Positions 61,104 to 64,000 of a DNA stretch of 64,000 nt are shown here, one piece after another. The stretch is taken from positions 260,807 through 324,806 of the forward strand of contig MNCI01001559.1 in NCBI GenBank assembly GCA_015680685.1. The letters are read 5' to 3'. The notes under the pieces are model-generated. The model had not been told where the DNA came from. It was given only the letters and a program-made list of their open reading frames with translations, and made no database searches. This DNA comes from Gnetum montanum (lineage: Eukaryota > Plantae > Gnetophyta). Position numbers and translations under genes: made by a program. Position 1 is the stretch's first letter. Each line of letters opens with the position of its first letter.

Positions 61104-62039
61104 GCAATGGAACATATTATTTAGTAGACTCAAATAGGAATCAAAACGTAGATCTTGTGAACAATGCTTACCTCAAATGATACTATATTTAAGAATAAAA
61201 AACATAGAGAAATATATACTAGGATTTCTTTAATCCTCATCCTTATTTTATCTATGTTTTATTACTTTATTTTCACTTCCCTCACTCTCTTAATCTTCCT
61301 CTTTCTATTTTTCTCTTTTTCTATTCTTTGCTATTTTTTTTCTAGCTCCCTCATGTAATTTCATCTATCTTTCCTACTCTTTGCTTATTTCATTCTACTA
61401 AAAGTTCTTCCTATAATACACTATGATGAAAATATTTATTAGAAATCTATCTCATGCAGAGAGCAATCAGTCTTCTACTATTCTTACTTCATGCAAGGAT
61501 GTGTTGAGTTTGAGTAAGATAGGAAGAGAATTTAATTTATCAAGCATCAATATTATAAGACCTAACCCATGCCTCACTTTTGTGACATAGCATCTCATCT
61601 TGGTCTATAGGTGATGTTCCTCATTTCTTTTTGTATTTATTGCTTTCTCATTTTCACAACTTTATATTTCATCTTCCCTCTCTCATATTTCTCCACTCTT
61701 CTCTAACTCCTCTTCCTATCTCATTTCCCATTCCTCTTATCAACATATTAATGAGGATTGAGTAATCCTGTTTTATTTCAATAAGGATATGTTTAGAGCA
61801 TGAGTGGGATAGGGTGTGAACATTATAATGATATCCCTTTGGGCATCTTGTAAGATAGGATTTAGCCATATCCCCTAATGTGGCATAACACCATTCTCAT
61901 GATTGTTGTATAAGAGATATCCTAACTTTTTCCCCTTGTCCTACTTATTTATTCCTACTTTTCTCTTCTAAATATTAATTTTTCATCCATTCTATTTCTT
62001 GATGGATCCTCCTTTAACACCTTAGCAATACCTATTAAG

Positions 62040-63560
62040 AGGGGGCAATGTCATATCCACTTTCTTTAGCTTCACAATGACCAAGTCAAATGTGGTCTTG
62101 ACATTTTCCAATCTAAGTTTGAGCCTAAAAATCCAAAATAGCTTCATGACATACATTTTTAGCTTCTAGAGGCCTCTCGGAACCATCCCAACTCACAACC
62201 CAACATATGAGCTCAACTTTTGGTGATCCTAAAAATCTCAGAAATAAGAATTTTTCTAAGTGTTGGAGGTAACATTGATGCCATGTTAGCATCATCCTTG
62301 GACCACTAATGTTGTGTTAGCTAAAGCCTTAGACCATCTTGTCTATGTCACCTACACCAAAACTACTATCTAGCCTCAAATTTGATCTTGTAGGATCCCA
62401 AATAGCTTGTCCATGATACGTTCGACATGGTAGGGATTAAATGTTGGCATTTTCATAGGATGACCTTGGAACCTACGTGGCTAAAAGTCTTTTAAGTGTT
62501 GGTAGCCACTAATGCTACTGTTAGTGTTAACACTACAAGCATAGTTCTTAGCACGTCCATGACACATCTCATTTGCATTTCAACTTAAATCTTGACTTTC
62601 CAAGCTCTCTAATAACCAATCGACATTGGTTTTGACACTTCAAATGATAGTTTTAGTAGGTTTAATGGTAATCTTGGTAGTTAGGATAGCAATATTTTCT
62701 AACTTATGCAAGTGACACTGATGTTAACATTAGCATCACCATGCTTGCACCATCCTCCTCCCATGTCTCCAAGTTTAACATTTGATAACATTTCCTTGGT
62801 CCATAAGCTCCTTGGTGTCTTGCAAACATTACATTGGTTCATTTCATCATCAACTTGAATATCCCAAAAACTTGGAATGTCACTTTAGGAAAATGTTAGA
62901 AAAAATTCTAACTCATTAGCTAACATGATGCTAATGCCAATAGCAATATTAGTGTCATCATTCTAAGAACCAACACCTTGACATCCTTAATCATATAACT
63001 CTATAGTCATCATTATCTCTTGGTCTCATGAGCTTCTTGATGTCATCTTAGCTAATTCTACATCAATTATGGCATCAAATAAGGTCTTAGAGGTTTGGAA
63101 CTATAACTTGGTAAAACTAGAAAATTTTTTCTAAGTCCTAGTGATGCTAACGTTGACATTAGTGTCACCTATTCATGCTCCCAATGTTGCTCAGTTTGAA
63201 GGTCAAACTTGCTAAAATTGAACTCTAAATGAACTCTACGTGAACTACGCTTAGCTTTGAGGTCAAATTTGACAACCCTAATCCTATAAATATGGGATTG
63301 AAACCCATATTTTGGGGCCAATTTCTTAAGATCTAAATCACTTTTTGAGATTTCAAGAGATTAAAGGCATGATCAGCAGACATCCCAACATCTCCCATAT
63401 GCTTCTCAACCATTGCGACACCTCCCATGGCTCCAACACTAATGCTAACATAATGTTAACATTAGTTAAGTAGCATTCGCATTAGCATCCCATGCTTGGA
63501 ATTTTTTAGCATTAGCATTAGTCTCCAAAGTTAGATTTTTTTTTACCTTAAGCGTAAGCC
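62040..63560. repeat. Dispersed palindromic motif GATGCTAA(C/T)(G/A)TTAGCATC in a probable retroelement leader/LTR
   Basis: More than 8 degenerate copies (e.g. 62277, 62720, 62918, 63143, 63440-63520); CCTATAAAT at ~63283. Confidence 0.5.
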
Positions 63561-64000
63561 TTGAGACACTAAGCCAAGATAGCCCCATTTTGGCCTTGAA
63601 TTAATTCTGGACAACATTTGGAACTTTCCCATCCATATACCCATCCATCAAAAGTTTAATTTTACTCTCCAAACCTACATTTTGCTCACAAATTGGGTTT
63701 GTATTAGCAATTTTATTCCACATACATTTTTTATTAGCACTTGTAAGTTGGCCCTTCATAGGAGGCAAACACTTCTTTGTTTAGTAATACAACATTTTTA
63801 TTATTTGGGAAGGGAACTAAAACCCTTTTCTCTATATCATAACTCTCTATATTTTAATATTTTATTCTCTTTTACTTGAGTTTTTACACTTTAGATATTA
63901 TTTTTTTCTTGTAATTTATTCTATACTTAGGTTATTTTTCTATAATAAATAGATAGTGAATTTTAGCATGTAAACCTAACATTTTTGTCATTCCTAGTTT

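Noticed and set aside
61400-62050. Possible further gag remnant on the minus strand
   Set aside because: Too degenerate to support by eye; needs a profile search.

Overview
AT-rich, repeat-dominated eukaryotic DNA with the hallmarks of a large-genome land plant: spliceosomal introns, plant Ty3/Ty1/RTE/MULE remnants, and strong CG/CHG to TG/CA erosion in the repeats. There is one intact host gene, a 3-exon, 295-aa short-chain dehydrogenase/reductase on the minus strand (19181-13642). It is flanked by two complete but pol-less Athila-like LTR elements of one family: 6408-13073 (minus, TSD ACAAT) and 21439-29965 (plus, TSD CTACC/CTACT). Each carries gag plus a spliced 'env-like' accessory ORF and is inserted into a tandem repeat. 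Further partial LTRs of related families lie at 1-238, 52504-54099 and 60239-61103. Two satellites of 226 bp and 264 bp share the CCGGAAG and ACTAGCA..CCCTCGCAGTC motifs. The most interesting region is 34.6-51.2 kb. It holds a decayed DNA-transposon cassette: a MULE/SWIM transposase, a two-exon accessory gene apparently of the same domain family as the Athila accessory ORF, and a Ulp1 protease. One palindromic motif (TGCGACTCGCA) is clustered in the spacers around them, an architecture reminiscent of VANDAL/VANC anti-silencing elements (hypothesis). The right end holds Ty3 integrase, L1-like, RTE and copia fragments. All family assignments come from motif recognition by eye; no database search was run.
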